From the NCBI GenBank assembly GCA_963693365.1, contig CAVNZM010000002.1, positions 17,703,615-17,767,614 on the forward strand: 64,000 nt of DNA, given 5' to 3'. The position numbers and the translations under genes were made by a program. Of this stretch, positions 43,001 through 56,885 are shown in pieces; within the stretch, counting starts at the first letter, position 1, and each line of letters begins with the position of its first letter. Source of the stretch: Amoebidium appalachense. Its lineage: Eukaryota; Protista; Ichthyosporea. Under the pieces are notes generated by a model. The model was not told where the DNA came from and did not search any database. It was given only the letters and a program-made list of their open reading frames with translations.

Positions 43001-44059
43001 AGGGAGGGGGGAGGGAGGACGGGTTAGAGTATGAACAGGCAGTCACAGCAGAGAATCCCTGCACGTGCACAAGCCACTCATGGCCACAAGCACACACACG
43101 GCAGAGTGAGGGGGCGGGGGGGGGGGTAGACAAGCAGGCAGGGGGACAGGGTGGTAGATGGCTAGGTGGTGTGGACGGACACGAGTGTTGTGGGAAGGGT
43201 GGGTGCAGGCATGCATGCTTATCTCTCTCTCCCTCCCCTTTTCCTTCCTTCTTTCTTCCTTCTATCCATGGGCACGTACTTTTGTGGTGTTGGCTCAGGG
43301 GCCTTCTGAACTGGCTGGCTGGGCCCCTCGTCCTGTGCTGGTGGCATGGTGGGCAGCTTGAGGGGTTTGCCCTGCTTGCCGGCCTTGAGCGCTGCAGGTG
43401 GGGGGTTAGGCCACACCACTGACACATCAACCCCCCCCCCCCCTTCCCCCCCCTTCGAATGACATGCACTCGAAAACCAGCCCTCCCCATGCCTATGTGT
43501 AGGATATGATACCCAACCATGCATTCCCTCTATATAAATATGTGTAAAGACATGCACCACCCTTCCCCCCATATATCCCAAGACAGGCACCATTTATCGG
43601 TGACCTATTTCAATTACATAGAGATACGGGACAGAGAGACCTTTGGGGAAGAGCAGTGGGAGGGGGAACGGGAGGGGAGGGGGGGGGGGGGGGGGGGGGG
43701 GGGGGAGGACAAAGGCGGACCTTTCTTTGCAGCCTTTTTAATCAGCAGCTCCCTCTTGAGCTTTTCACGTTTCTCCTGCGCAGCCAATCAGCAACCACAA
43801 CTAAATCCAAGTCTTTACCATGGTGCTAGCCAGCCCCTATTCATAACAACCCCATGGGAAGTAAAGAAAAAGCCAACCCAGGCATATGCCCCACCCCCCT
43901 CCCCCAGTGGCACACACCAACACACGTGTGGATGGACGCAAAAAGGGTTTGGCCAAGCCCACCTCCCTCACCCCGCCCCCCTCCTCACCCCGTCCCTCCC
44001 CCTCCCCGTGGGTCCGCAAGGAAAAAAACAAAATCCCAAACTCAATGCACCACCCTGCC

Positions 44060-44097
<38 letters not shown>

Positions 44098-44175
44098 TGC
44101 CCCCCCACACCCATCCACCCACCCACACACGCAAGTAGGTAAGCAGGAAATCTGGCAGACAGGAGCGCTCGTACG

Positions 44176-44231
<56 letters not shown>

Positions 44232-44800
44232 GCGCGCGCGCGCGCGCGCGCGCACATGCACAAAGGCACACAGGCCCACCCACCCACCCACACACACACA
44301 CGCACACACACACCTGCTCTATCTCCTCCTGGTCGTTCTTAGTGACCATGCCTGCCTTGGTGCTGACCGTCGACCATTTCTCTGTGTCGATGGAGTAGCA
44401 GAACAGATCATTCATGAAGGACCCCTGGTGGGTGGGGGGATGAGGGGGATGGATGGGTGAGTATCATGCAAGAGGGTGCGGTGTGGAAACAAGAACAGAC
44501 ACAACAGACAAGGTGTGTGGGTGCCCATACACCTGCATGTTTGCATGCACATGTCTAACAAAGCACTACACTTATTGGTTTGTTCCTCTACATCTGAACC
44601 AGGAGGGAGGCGGGGGCAGGGGCGGGCCGGGGGGAAGGAGAGGAGGATGAGGGGTTTAAAGACAGAAAAAAATGGGAAGGAAAAGATATGGGGTTGCGGA
44701 AGAAAAGGAGGGGGCGGGGTTGGGAAGGGCAATACCTGTAGTGCGTCTTCTGTTTCCACATCGGCCACACCGCCAAAACTATACAGCTGCATGGGCAGGT

Positions 44801-44836
<36 letters not shown>

Positions 44837-45178
44837 CTGTGGGTAGGTATTGGCATGTTCATGTGCGCATGTAGTTGTGTGCCTGTCCTCCAACACAGAT
44901 GCGCACACACACAACCTAAACAGCCAGAGGGAAATTACAAAAGCACACCATCCATCCCCTACCTCAAACCCCCTCGAACCCGCAGCCATCACCCAACCAC
45001 GCACCTCCCCAGCCTTGCTCACGCCTATTCCCCATCAAGGTCTTAGCTGCCAATCCTCGGAGTGGCGTCAATTGACATTGGTATGCACCCCATGCAGCAA
45101 TTGTCTTCAACCTTTTCTAGCCATCACAAACCACCACCTTCAGAAATCCTTGAGCAATACCTGTTCATTTGATAATAC

Positions 45179-45209
<31 letters not shown>

Positions 45210-45877
45210 AAAAAAAAACAACACACACACCACCAACCAATGCACCCCCACACCCCATCCATCCCAATCCCCGTCCCCCCATCCCTCTATCTGCCCTCCT
45301 ATCCACACGTACCAGCTTTGTGCCGGGCCGCGCCACCATGACTGCGCCACTCCTGACACTGGGCACTACCCCCCCAGGCCTGACCCTCGTCCACCTCCAC
45401 CTGCATGCCTGTGCAGCCCCACTGCTGCCTGCCTGCGTGGTAACACTGCTGGCCTCCGTCTCCATCTCAAGCAGCCACACGTCACTGTGTGTCTCCCCCT
45501 TGTCTACCTCCCCCTGAAAGGCTGCGTTAGAAAAGGCAGGTCATGGGAGGAGGGGAGAGGGGGGAAAGGGGGGGGGGGGGGGGGAGGGGTTGCACGCAAA
45601 GCCGAGTGTTGTGGCTTTTGTGAGCTGGTTGCAGCCAGACCTTGCCTTCTGTGGCCAAATGCAGAAGACAGACACGGCATACACCAAGGGGAAGAGGTGG
45701 CATGTTGCTGTGTGGAGAGAGACCAAAGAAAAACGAGTGGCCCTAGAATGTGCAGGTGGTTGAATGGGTGGGTGGGTGGGTGGGGGGGGGGGGGGGTAGG
45801 GAAGGGAAGGCATACCTTTACCCTCTGACGGGAATAACCACCAAAGATAAGAATCTTGTCATCAGCTACCGGCATCA

Positions 45878-45930
<53 letters not shown>

Positions 45931-46348
45931 GTGTGTGTGCGTGTGTGTGTGTGCGTGTGGGGAGGGGGGGGTATGTGTGTGTGCACGGGAGAGCGCGTGT
46001 TTATGTGTGTGTTCGTGTCCGTGTGTTTTGGCATAGTTGTGCCCATCAGAAATGCAATTGCAAGGCACACCTTGTTGTGAATAGCTCTTCTGAAGCTGGA
46101 GCACACAGGATAGAGTCATAGGGGAGCATATTCCTGAGGGTGCGTCCATGTACCATGCACCGCAAGAGCAGGGGGGCTGAAACGTATGGACACAAGAGGA
46201 GCACACCGGTCAGCAATTGTGGGGGGGGGGGGGGGGGGGGGGGGGGGGCTTAGTGCGTACCTGGCATGCTGACCGTGGGCTGGGCCCAACCATCACCGTT
46301 GGGAAGGTCACTTTGGCCCACACACGGTCCTGGTTTTTTTTTTTTTTT

Positions 46349-46390
<42 letters not shown>

Positions 46391-46630
46391 GCTTGCTATT
46401 TTGTGGCTCCACAGACAAACGGAGCTGCGTGGGTCATCACCATTCAAGTGCGATTGGCTAGGTTCCAAAGGAATACTTTTGGTTCCAAAGAAGTACTTTT
46501 CGATATGTCGTATACACCGTCAGTGTAGACAAATCGATCTTTGTTGGGTTTCTCGTAAGTTTCCTCGTCCATTCGTCCAAGACTTAGAGCTGCTGTAGTA
46601 ATGGCCGCTGTTTCGCATGTCTGCACAGGC

Positions 46631-46672
<42 letters not shown>

Positions 46673-47062
46673 CACTATGTGCTGGCGGTCTTGGCGCGTA
46701 GTTAGGAGGGGCGGGGGGGGGGGGGGGGGGGGGGGAGGGAGGCAAAGGGGAGGGGGTGTTGTTCATATGACCCACCTCTAGGTGAAAAGTGTATACGTCG
46801 TTAAAGTATTTCGGTGCGCCCTTTGCGTTGTCATAAAACCCTCCAAACACCACAAGGTAAGACCCTGTGCGCATTCGTGTCAATATGTAGTCGGGGTTGC
46901 CCCCCCCCCCCCCCCCCCCCCCCCCCTTCCCCAACCAACCCCCCCCCCCCCCCCCCTTCTCTCTTCAAAAATCAGGAGACACAATAAATGAAAAGGCTCA
47001 CAAACAGAGCGAGAATGTAGGAACAGAGCACACACAGCCATCCACATGGATAAGAACACAAG

Positions 47063-47126
<64 letters not shown>

Positions 47127-47931
47127 AAAAAAAAGGAGGAGGAAGGAGGGGTGGGTGGGTGGGTGGGAAGGGGGAAGATAAAAAAAAGCAGGAAGAGGAT
47201 GTGAAGACTTTTGAGCACCAGCTGGCGATTCGCATATTCAGGATCCCCCCCCCCTCCCCTCTCCCGCCCCCCTCCACGCACACAGACACACTGCACACCT
47301 GCTATGGCCATGCGGTGGCCACTGCGTGCTGACGGCCCATTGGGTGCCTCCACCTGCAAACATCAAAGGATATTACTTCCACCTGTAAACATTATAGAAT
47401 ATTACTTCGACCTGTAAACATTATAGGATATTACTTCCACCTGTAAACATTATAGGATATTACTTCCAACTGTAAACATTAAAGGGTATTACTTCCACCT
47501 GCAAACATTATCGGATATTACTTCCACCTGCAAACAATCAAACAAATATTACTGCCCCAGCCTCCCCATCCCGATTTACTCTCTACTCCCTCCTCTCCCG
47601 AATCCCCCCAAACCCCCCTCCCCCCAAACCCCCGCCTCCCTCTTGCATCCTTTGGCTCCATCACTCCATGACCGACAACAGCCTACCCCCCGCCACATGT
47701 GGACACACACATACCGCCTCCCCCCCCCCCCCCCCCCCCCTCCCCTCCACCCATGAGCACACCCCCACGCACCTTCTCCCAAGCATTCTCCTGCAGATAG
47801 AATACCCACAGGTCGCTGTAGTGTTTGAATCTTTCCTGTGTCTTGCTGGCATATTCTCCCCCAAAGATCCACAGCTCACCCCCCCCCCACGTGCACGCAC
47901 TGCCGCTGCATGACCACACCGTGGCGGTGGG

Positions 47932-48011
<80 letters not shown>

Positions 48012-49710
48012 CTGTGCGCGCGCACGCGATCGGGCGCACATGGGTGCACGCACACGTGTGTGTTCGCCATGGAAGTCGGAGCACATGAGAGTGTGAGCAC
48101 GGTCAATGCACGTGGGCGTGTCTGGTGGCCGTGCACGTGGCTCTACTTGGCTGCTACCTCCGAGCCTGGCAATTCAATGTTCCACACTAACCCCGAATAG
48201 TAGCACGCAATACACCTTTTGTCCAGCCTGCTCCGGACCACACAAATACTTCTGTTTCGCCCCTAAGGGGAAAGTTATACAAGGAAACTCAATAAGAGCA
48301 AAACGGCAGAGGATGTGGCAAGCCGGGCAGGAGTCCAGGAAAAAACAGAACAAGAGAAACGAGAAAATGGTAAAGGGGGAGGAGAGGGGCAAGCGCACGG
48401 GGCTAAGGGGGGGGGGGGAGGGGGGGGAGGAGGGGGAGGGGGTTGGAAGGAAGTAAAACCGAAGGGGGGGGAGGGGGGGGGGGGGGGGGGGGGGGGGGGA
48501 GGGGGTGCAGTTCAGCAGGAAGGTGGTCAGCAAAGAATTTTGGGACGGGGCTCATGCACTGTTGGGCGCACCTGTTGGGAGAGATGAGGTGGCGCCATTC
48601 ATTCTTCTTGAGGTTGAAGATGAAAAAGTCCCCGTACACGTACTGGTGCTGGCCTGCAAGGCAGCACGGGCATAAGGGTATAGTGGTGGTGTGGGTGATA
48701 GGGGTGGGCTCAAGATAGCAATAGAGTGGTGGTGTGGGTGATAGGGGTGGGTTCAAGATAGCAATAGAGTGGTGGTGTGGGTGACAGGGGTGGGTTCAAG
48801 ATAGCAATAGAGTGGTGGTGTGGGTGATAGGGGTGGGCTCAAGATAGCAATAGAGTGGTGGTGTGGGTGATAGGGGTGGGCTCAAGATAGCAATAGAGTG
48901 GTGGTGTGGGTGATAGGGGTGGGTTCAAGATAGCAATAGAGTGGTGGTGTGGGTGATAGGGGTGGGCTCAAGATAGCAATAGAGTGGTGGTGTGGGTGAT
49001 AGGGGTGGGCTCAAGATAGCAATAGAGTGGTGGTGTGGGTGATAGGGGTGGGCTCAAGATAGCAATAGAGTGGTGGTGTGGGTGGGGAGGGTGGGGTAAG
49101 CAAGAGATGGGGGAGGGGACGGGGAGAGAAAAAGAAACACATACAGAGAGGGGGGGGGGGGGGGGGGGGGGGGGGGGAGGGGGAGGGAAAGGGGGGGGGG
49201 GGGGGGGGGAGGGGGAGGGGGAGAGAAAGAGAGGGGGGGGGGGGGGAAGGGAGAGAGAGGTACAGAGAGAGAACGTGAGGGTTGGAAAAAAGGGGGGGGG
49301 GGGGGGGGGGAGGGGGGGGGGCGTGGGGGAGAAATGGAGAGAGGGAGAGAGAGAAAGAGAGAGAGAGAGAGAGAAAGAGAGAGTGACCGAGAGTGAGACA
49401 GAAAAAGATAGAACAGGGGGGTGGGGAAGGGGCAGGCTGTAACAAAATATGGCTTTCTGTCAAAAACAGGAACCAATCCTCCATCTCTCTCGATCACTCC
49501 CCCCCCCCCCCCCCCTCCCCCCGGACTCTCTCTCTCTTCCCCCCCCCCTCTCCCCCCCCCCCGCAACAAAAAGCTCATATATAATGGCGTGAGGCTCACC
49601 TCTACAGACACACATACATACACACGAAACGCAGGCACACATGGCACAAACACACGTACATTCACATGCACATCCCTGCAAGTATACACGACGACACCCC
49701 CCTCCCCCCA

Positions 49711-49758
<48 letters not shown>

Positions 49759-50026
49759 ACACACATACACACCTACCCACACGCACATTCAAACCCCCAC
49801 ACCCCCAACCATCAAACCCCCCCTCCTCCCCCCACACATTCACACCATACAGGAAAACACACACCCACACATGCACCACCCTACCATCAAAGTATTCGCC
49901 GCCAAAAAGCATCAACTCGTCCTTTGCTGGGTGCGCTGCAAAGGTGAAGTTGATGCGGGGCTTGGGCGGTTTCTCACACACCTCAACCTCCACCTGTGTG
50001 TGTGTGTGTGTGTGTGCGCGTGTGTA

Positions 50027-50064
<38 letters not shown>

Positions 50065-50070
50065 TGTGTA

Positions 50071-50108
<38 letters not shown>

Positions 50109-50119
50109 TGTGTATGTTT

Positions 50120-50155
<36 letters not shown>

Positions 50156-50202
50156 ATGTTTGTGTGTGTGTGTGTGTGTGTGTGCGTGTGTGTGTGTATG
50201 TT

Positions 50203-50233
<31 letters not shown>

Positions 50234-51052
50234 GTGTGTGTGCGCGCGTGTGTATGTTTGTGTATGTGTGTGTGTGTATGTTTGTGTGTGTGTGTGTGGG
50301 GGGGGGTGGGGGGGTGAGGGGGGGGGGGGGGGGATGATGGGGTCGGTTTCAACACATCACCACCAGACCTGTATGCATGGCACTATCACCCGCCACCCAA
50401 TGTCCCCACATGTCCCTCACGACCCAACCCAGGCAACAAGGACAAATAAATGGACCTTGAGATGTGGAGTTAGATCCCATTAGAGTACTCCCCCCCCCCC
50501 CCCCCCAACCAAAAAAGAAAGGGGGGAAAAAGTCATCCTCCCCCTCCCCCTCCCCCCCCCCCCCCCCCCCCCGGCCGGCCCCCAAACAACCACAAGAAAA
50601 AAAAAAAAGAAAAAAAAAAAAAGAAAAGAAAAAAGAAAGAAAAAGAAAAATGAAAGGGAAATGAACCGGAAAGAAAGCAAAAAGAAAGCCAACGACCTTT
50701 ACCTTTGTTCTAGCCTTGCTCTCCTTCTCAAACTGCGCAATAATCGCTGCAAACAAGCCGTCAGCACACAGCAGCAAAGCTTGGTGGGCACCTTTTTCAA
50801 TACATTGCTCCTTTTCCTCGTCCCTTTTTCTTGATTGGTCTCTCTCGATCTATCCCCCCCCCCCCCCCCCTCCCCCCCATACACCCACACCCTATTCCTC
50901 CCCCCCCCCCCCCCCCCGTCTGCCTCAAGCTGCCACTCACCTGCTAAAACCATCCCGAAAGTTCATCAATTCTCATTGCCCTTCCCCTCCCTCCCTCCCC
51001 CCCCCCCCCCCCCCCCCCCCCTTCTCCCCCGTATCTGTGTGTGTCTGTGTGT

Positions 51053-51134
<82 letters not shown>

Positions 51135-51449
51135 ATGTGCACGCACCATCCAGGTCCTCCTCCTCCGCAGCTGCCCGTGCCCTCTCCTCGGCACTCTTTT
51201 CCTTGGCAACCTGCAACCACACACCCGTTCAATATGAGACAGACAAACACAAAAAGCAACTTCATGTGGGAGAAGAGGAAGTGGGCATGGAAGCGGTATT
51301 GTAAAGAAAAGGGCGTAGGAAGGAAAGAAACAAAACCACCCAAGTTCACACGTAAGCCGCGTGCGCAAAGCACAAACTTCATAAACACACACCCACACCC
51401 ACACACGCACGCACTTGCATACACACACACGCACGCACACACGCACGCA

Positions 51450-51488
<39 letters not shown>

Positions 51489-51629
51489 ACACACAGACGC
51501 ACGCACGCACACACGCACACGGACACGCACGCACACGCACACACACACCTTCTTCTTTTCCTTGTTCTCCTTCTTCTCCTGCCGTTGGGCTCTATTTAGC
51601 CGCCGGTCTGTTGCGTTCTCTCGTCCCAT
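41894..51629 (-). CDS. KLHDC4: Kelch domain-containing protein 4 (KLHDC4/Kel3-like), 18 exons
   Basis: Exons 51629-51549,51210-51147,50746-50703,49993-49885,48653-48572,47931-47773,47353-47299,46864-46776,46329-46261,45878-45816,45513-45313,44786-44736,44424-44314,43775-43721,43391-43280,42943-42835,42571-42509,41971-41894. Basic N-terminus, [78 protein letters not shown], acidic tail. There is one apparent frameshift, in a G10 run at 47879-47888. Confidence 0.9.
42024..42262. repeat. Degenerate intronic minisatellite (units of about 33-39 bp, core GAATGCACYGTGTGCATGC)
   Basis: About six or seven visible copies. Confidence 0.8.
47348..47553. repeat. Tandem array of seven 29-bp units, each carrying a copy of the KLHDC4 exon-7 acceptor
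   Basis: CACCTG-type cores at 47351, 47380, 47409, 47438, 47467, 47496 and 47525. Confidence 0.9.
48677..49085. repeat. Intronic minisatellite, about 9.5 copies of a 43-bp unit
   Basis: GATAGCAATAGAGTGGTGGTGTGGGTGATAGGGGTGGGYTCAA at 48714, 48757 and onward to 49058. Confidence 0.95.
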
Positions 51630-52090
51630 TTCGCCTGTAGCTCCCCAAACCCCGGTACGCCCACTGACTCCGTCAATACTATTTCGCACCCTGCCACCCT
51701 GGTTACAGCTCAGAGCAAACTTTTGTGCTGTCGAAATGACTTGTGACAACCACCACCACAGGGTGACTGCAGTGACATCTCCGTGTTTACACGTGTGTAC
51801 AAACCTGTTCCGGGGGGTGCTGGCCCATGCTGATTGGCTTACGAGAAAACGCACTAGCCATATTAGGCTATTTAGCTCCCTTATATGGCTTATCGTTTCC
51901 ATCGCATGACTCGATGGCTCACAGCCAAGTCATGCATGACTCACTGAACTGCACACAGTGTGCAGGACATTGGGGAACACACAGAAAGAGAGACTGCGGC
52001 AGTTGGCTATAGGGGAGGCACGCGGCTAAACAGAGTCAGTGGGGTGGTTTGTCAGGGGCTTTTCACACGTGAATTATACCTGCTTTGACA
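51630..52090. promoter_or_regulatory. Bidirectional promoter between KLHDC4 and the C8orf82-like gene
   Basis: Divergent ATGs separated by 461 bp. The interval is free of microsatellites and has a central GCTGATTGGCT (NF-Y-type CCAAT box). Confidence 0.65.
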
Positions 52091-53484
52091 ATGCTGCGTG
52101 CATTCACCCCGCTACTACGCTCCGCCACCCAGCTGGGCCAAGTGTGGCTGTGCACGCGAACTTTCAGCGATGTGGCCAAGAAGACGAACGACGACAGCTG
52201 GAAGAAGTGGAAGGGGGCGGACGAGTGGAAGAACTGGGTGGACTGGGAGAGCAAGTACAGGTCGCAGAGCGACGAGCTAAACAGAAAAAGACACTACTTC
52301 TGGTAGCAACCCCCCCCCCCCCTTCCCCCACTTTTCCCGCCTTCCCCTCCTTCCCTCCCTCCCTCCCCTCACCTCCCTCTCTCCCCTCGACAACACGCAC
52401 ACACATTCTACACCGCCTGCGCCCACTCCAAATTTACCCTCCTATTCTACGTCACCGCTAACCGCATGCTGTTGCCCTGTGCCGTTCTTGAGTTTTTCTA
52501 CATGAAAGAAAGATGCTCAGATTCTACTCTTTGGATCCACGGTTTAATTGTACCCTTATTCTCACGGTCCGTTGACAGGCCCAAGGTGGTGGCCTTATAT
52601 ATAACTGCACAAGTACTAACTCTCTTACCCACAAGTACACACATAAAATGTCACACATGCACATGCACCCACATTTTCTCCCCCCCTCTACTCCTGCTTT
52701 TCTCCTCTCTCTCTCTCTGTCGCCCTCCCTCTTTCCCTCTTTATCTCTCCCTCCTCTCCCTTCTCTCCCTCTCTCTCCTCCTTCTTTCTCCCTCCTTCCG
52801 TACTCCCTCTCATTTCCGACCCCTTCCCTGTGTCTCGTGCTTCCCTCTTTTGCTCTTTAATATTTTTGTTATACAAAGTCTTCCCCTGCGAGACCTCATT
52901 CCCTGATTACGCATACGCCTCTTCCTACTCCCGCTTTCCTGTGCTGTGACCTCCGCTACTTGTCTGTTTACCCGTGCCCACCCCAGGTACCTGGATGCAA
53001 AGGGCCGCCTTCTACGCCGTGAGCTGCACGAGCCAGAGCGCACGTTTGGTCAGATGAGAGAGGCCAAGATACTGGATTACTTCTTCACCCACCTGGAACG
53101 AAACAGGACGGGGGAGTACCTGCCTGCCTACCCCTACCTGTCTGTGCGTATGCACGAGCACTATTTCCTTGCCTGCGAGGCAGGCCCGATAGTCTTCACC
53201 GACCTACGTCACGGTAGGCTACACTATGCAGCCAGTCTCTCTGTGCCACTGTCTCTCGAGTCGCTCAGACTGGATACACAGGGCAGACTATTCCACGAGG
53301 TAACCACAAAGGCTATGAGCCAGGCCGGGGATAAGGTACTGCCCTGCTTTGCATTCTGATCCCCACCCACAACCCCTTTTCTTTTCCTCTCTCCTTATAA
53401 TGGAAATCCACTTTCACGGTATTTCCGCATAAAGAGAGCATCCCCCTGCCCTTCCTTTTACATGTGCTCGTTGCCTTCTCTGGC

Positions 53485-53526
<42 letters not shown>

Positions 53527-53614
53527 CCCCTTCCACCCCACTTAAGCACAAGAAGCGCAGAACGAAACCACACACTCGTTGTATACCCATACTCGAGATC
53601 TCTGAACTCAGATT

Positions 53615-53653
<39 letters not shown>

Positions 53654-53692
53654 AAAAAAAAAAAAAAAGAAAAGAAAAACTCCATCCCCCCC

Positions 53693-53723
<31 letters not shown>

Positions 53724-53784
53724 AAAAAAAAAACTCCACCCCCCTCCCCCCTCCTCCCCCCCAGCCTCCTTGCCCAACCTCACA

Positions 53785-53821
<37 letters not shown>

Positions 53822-54089
53822 CCTTCCCCCTCCCTAAACTTTTCAAGATCCTGATGTTTATGGTTTAATAGGGCAAGGGGAGATATTTTATAGTGGGTCT
53901 TTAGAGTTATTGGAATCACTGGCAGTCTAATTCGGACTGTCCACACCGTGTGACTTGCAGGTGCCCCTCCTTGGCTACATCGAGAGCACAACGGCACAGC
54001 CGCTGCTGGAGGCCATAACGGTGACTGAGGGTGGCAGCTATGTGCTGAGTTACGAGGGGAGGGAGGTGGTGCTGGGCACGGTGGAGTAG
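52091..54089 (+). CDS. UPF0598/C8orf82-like (DUF4505) protein, probably mitochondrial, 3 exons
   Basis: Exons 52091-52302, 52987-53335 and 53961-54089. Motifs: RHYFWYLDAKGRL, LDYFFTHLERNRTG, YPYLS...EHYFLACE..PIVFT, GRLFH. The N-terminus is Arg/Leu/Ser-rich and presequence-like. Confidence 0.8.
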
Positions 54090-54165
54090 ACGGCCTGCAG
54101 GGAGTGCGTGTGTGCGTGATAGAGAGGGGGGGGGGAAGAGAGAGAGGGGGGGGAGAGGGAGAGGG

Positions 54166-54225
<60 letters not shown>

Positions 54226-55296
54226 GCGCGCGCGCGCGCGCGCGTGTATGTTGGGCGGGGGGAGAGGGGGGGGAGGGAGGGGTTGGGTAGGCCGTAGGAT
54301 CTTGAAGTGTACATATGCGCGAATGTTACTCTCTGAGAGAGAACAGTCTTGTTTTTTGTGCTTTTTTCTTTTTTTGAATGCTCAGCTGTATAAAGGTGCC
54401 CTGGCCCCTGGTTAATAGTTGTATGTGACAAAATTATGCGACATGCACCAACATATGCAAGGTCCGGCACGTACTGACTGTTTCCTCTAGCCGTTTTTGT
54501 ACTATAACTCGACTCTACTTTCCATTGTTTCCTTCTGAAGAATGAGTGCAGCCGGATCCGGCTGCGGCCCCTCAGTTGTTTCGCGCTCGAGGTTATCAAC
54601 GTCGCTTTAGCTCGTCGCTTTGCCAAGTTCTTTCAAGAGAGTGTTCTTCCGACATAGCTACACACGTGTTACTTACCAGTGACCACAGTTATCCAGCATG
54701 CAACCCCTTCATTTCACACCCAAACCCCCCTTATTACCCCCGCCCTCCCCCCTTCCCCCCCTCGGGGCGTTTTCCCTCCTCTCCCCCCGTCCCCCCGTCC
54801 GCCCTCCTCCCCCTTCCCCCCCTTATTTCCGAAATACGGACCGTGAAAATGTAAATAATGATAAGGGCACACTCTCCATTCAACTCAACTACATCCTGAG
54901 ACATACATATATATTAAAGGAGACACTCCACAGTGAGTAACACAATCTATCGATATCATCTATCTGGCTACAGATGATCACAAACATGCACAAGCAAAGC
55001 CAGGAAACAACGTGCACAGTGAGGCTTCAAAAGCAGAATTAGATCGCCATCACACATGCATGTACACACATCATACTCACACAATCATACACGCATATGT
55101 GATTCACACATGCACAAGCACCCATGTAAGCACCACAATCACGAACGCACGCGCGCGCGCACACACACACACACATCGTACACACACACACGCACGCACG
55201 CATGCACACACGCACACACGTGACACACACACACACACACACACAAACACACGCCCACATGTACACACACACATGCATACACAACATGTATGTACA

Positions 55297-55359
<63 letters not shown>

Positions 55360-55730
55360 CGGTAGTACGCATGGCACAGGCAAACACAGCCTGTGCAGTC
55401 GCACAAACATACACAGACGCGCGCGCGCACACACACACAAGGCACACCATTGCCATGCACATGCGCGCGCACACACGCACACACGCACACACACACACCG
55501 TGCAGTGACACAAGCGCAAACAGACGCGGTGCAGCTGCGCGCACCGTACATTCACGCCCGGCGGGGGCCGCGCGGCCGCGCGATGAGGCGCTTCGGATGC
55601 GCCTGGCCCCGGGAGCCAGCGCCGATCCGGATGGCCAGAAAATCAAATTTTTTGAACCCCCGTATGGGAGAATTTGGCCAGGAAATCGAAACCCATATCA
55701 AATCAATTACAATAGTCGCCATGTATGAGC

Positions 55731-55821
55731 CAGGGTTCGAAGTTACGAAAAAAAAATCGGAATTTCCGATATTTGAAAACACAGTTCCGAAAATCGTCCC
55801 GGCCAAATCGGAACGTCCGAG

Positions 55822-55864
<43 letters not shown>

Positions 55865-56052
55865 GGGAAAGCTTCTCATGACTTCGCAGGTCTCATCATA
55901 CACGGAGCATACACCACCCACACAAGCTGCACACGTACGTACGTGTCTCCCTGTCCCTGTAGAATGTTCAATGGCAGACCCTGACTACAGCACAAGCCTA
56001 GCACATGTACATGTTGTCACACCAAACACATTTATGCACACACCCACGCGCG

Positions 56053-56104
<52 letters not shown>

Positions 56105-56850
56105 TTCACACACACACAGCCGTGACACCACATATGCATCATAGCCATGCATGGCCACATGAACATACAATGCACATGCCTGCGCATGTATATATATATA
56201 GGCCGGCCTCCACTTCAAAACTTCGAATTCCCCCCCCCCCCAGAAATCGAACCCCATTCCCCCCTCCTCCGCTGCCCACCGTTTCCTCCACCAGTGCTGC
56301 CCCTCCTTCTCCCCCACCGCCGCTCCGGCCTCACCCCCTCCCCCTCCCCCCCCCTCTCAGGCGGATCCCTCCCCCCCCCCCCCCCCCCCCACTGGTACTC
56401 CCCTTCTCCCCCCCCCCCCCCCCCCCATTCCCCCCCAGGAAGGCCTAAACATGGAATGGATCTAGATGCTCAGAGTCGACGGCCACCAGGTGCAGGTGCC
56501 ACGTGTATCACGATCAGTGGCACGCGTCTTCAATGGCAGGCGATACACACACTGTGCACCACTGTGTTCCGTTCAAAGACACACATCCACATACATTAAC
56601 AGCCGTGACACCACACAATCATGTGACCTAGGCTAGTACACGTGCACAGGCACATACTATCTCAGATCATGATAACTGTATTACAAACGTGCACATGCAT
56701 CCACCCTGTACAAACACATGCTATGCACCCACCCACCCACACACACACACAAACACATGTACACACACACACACACACACCGTGCGCACACACACACTTA
56801 CACTGCACACACACACCATGTACACGGCGCACGCACACACGCCCCGTGGC

Positions 56851-56885
<35 letters not shown>

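Noticed and set aside
46400-46626. 60-aa minus-strand ORF or extra KLHDC4 exon
   Set aside because: The flanking exons join directly into a correct kelch blade (FHLE|DRVW), the ORF has no recognisable motif, and the C box has no downstream D box.
47879-47888. Frameshift in KLHDC4 exon 6 suggesting a pseudogene or programmed frameshift
   Set aside because: It falls in a G10 homopolymer (8 or 11 G restores the frame) and all other exons are intact, so a consensus error is most likely. Check the raw reads.
54606-54623. Inverted 17/18-nt match to C8orf82-like exon 1 (GCAGAGCGACGAGCTAAA)
   Set aside because: The match is too short and does not extend, so it may be chance.
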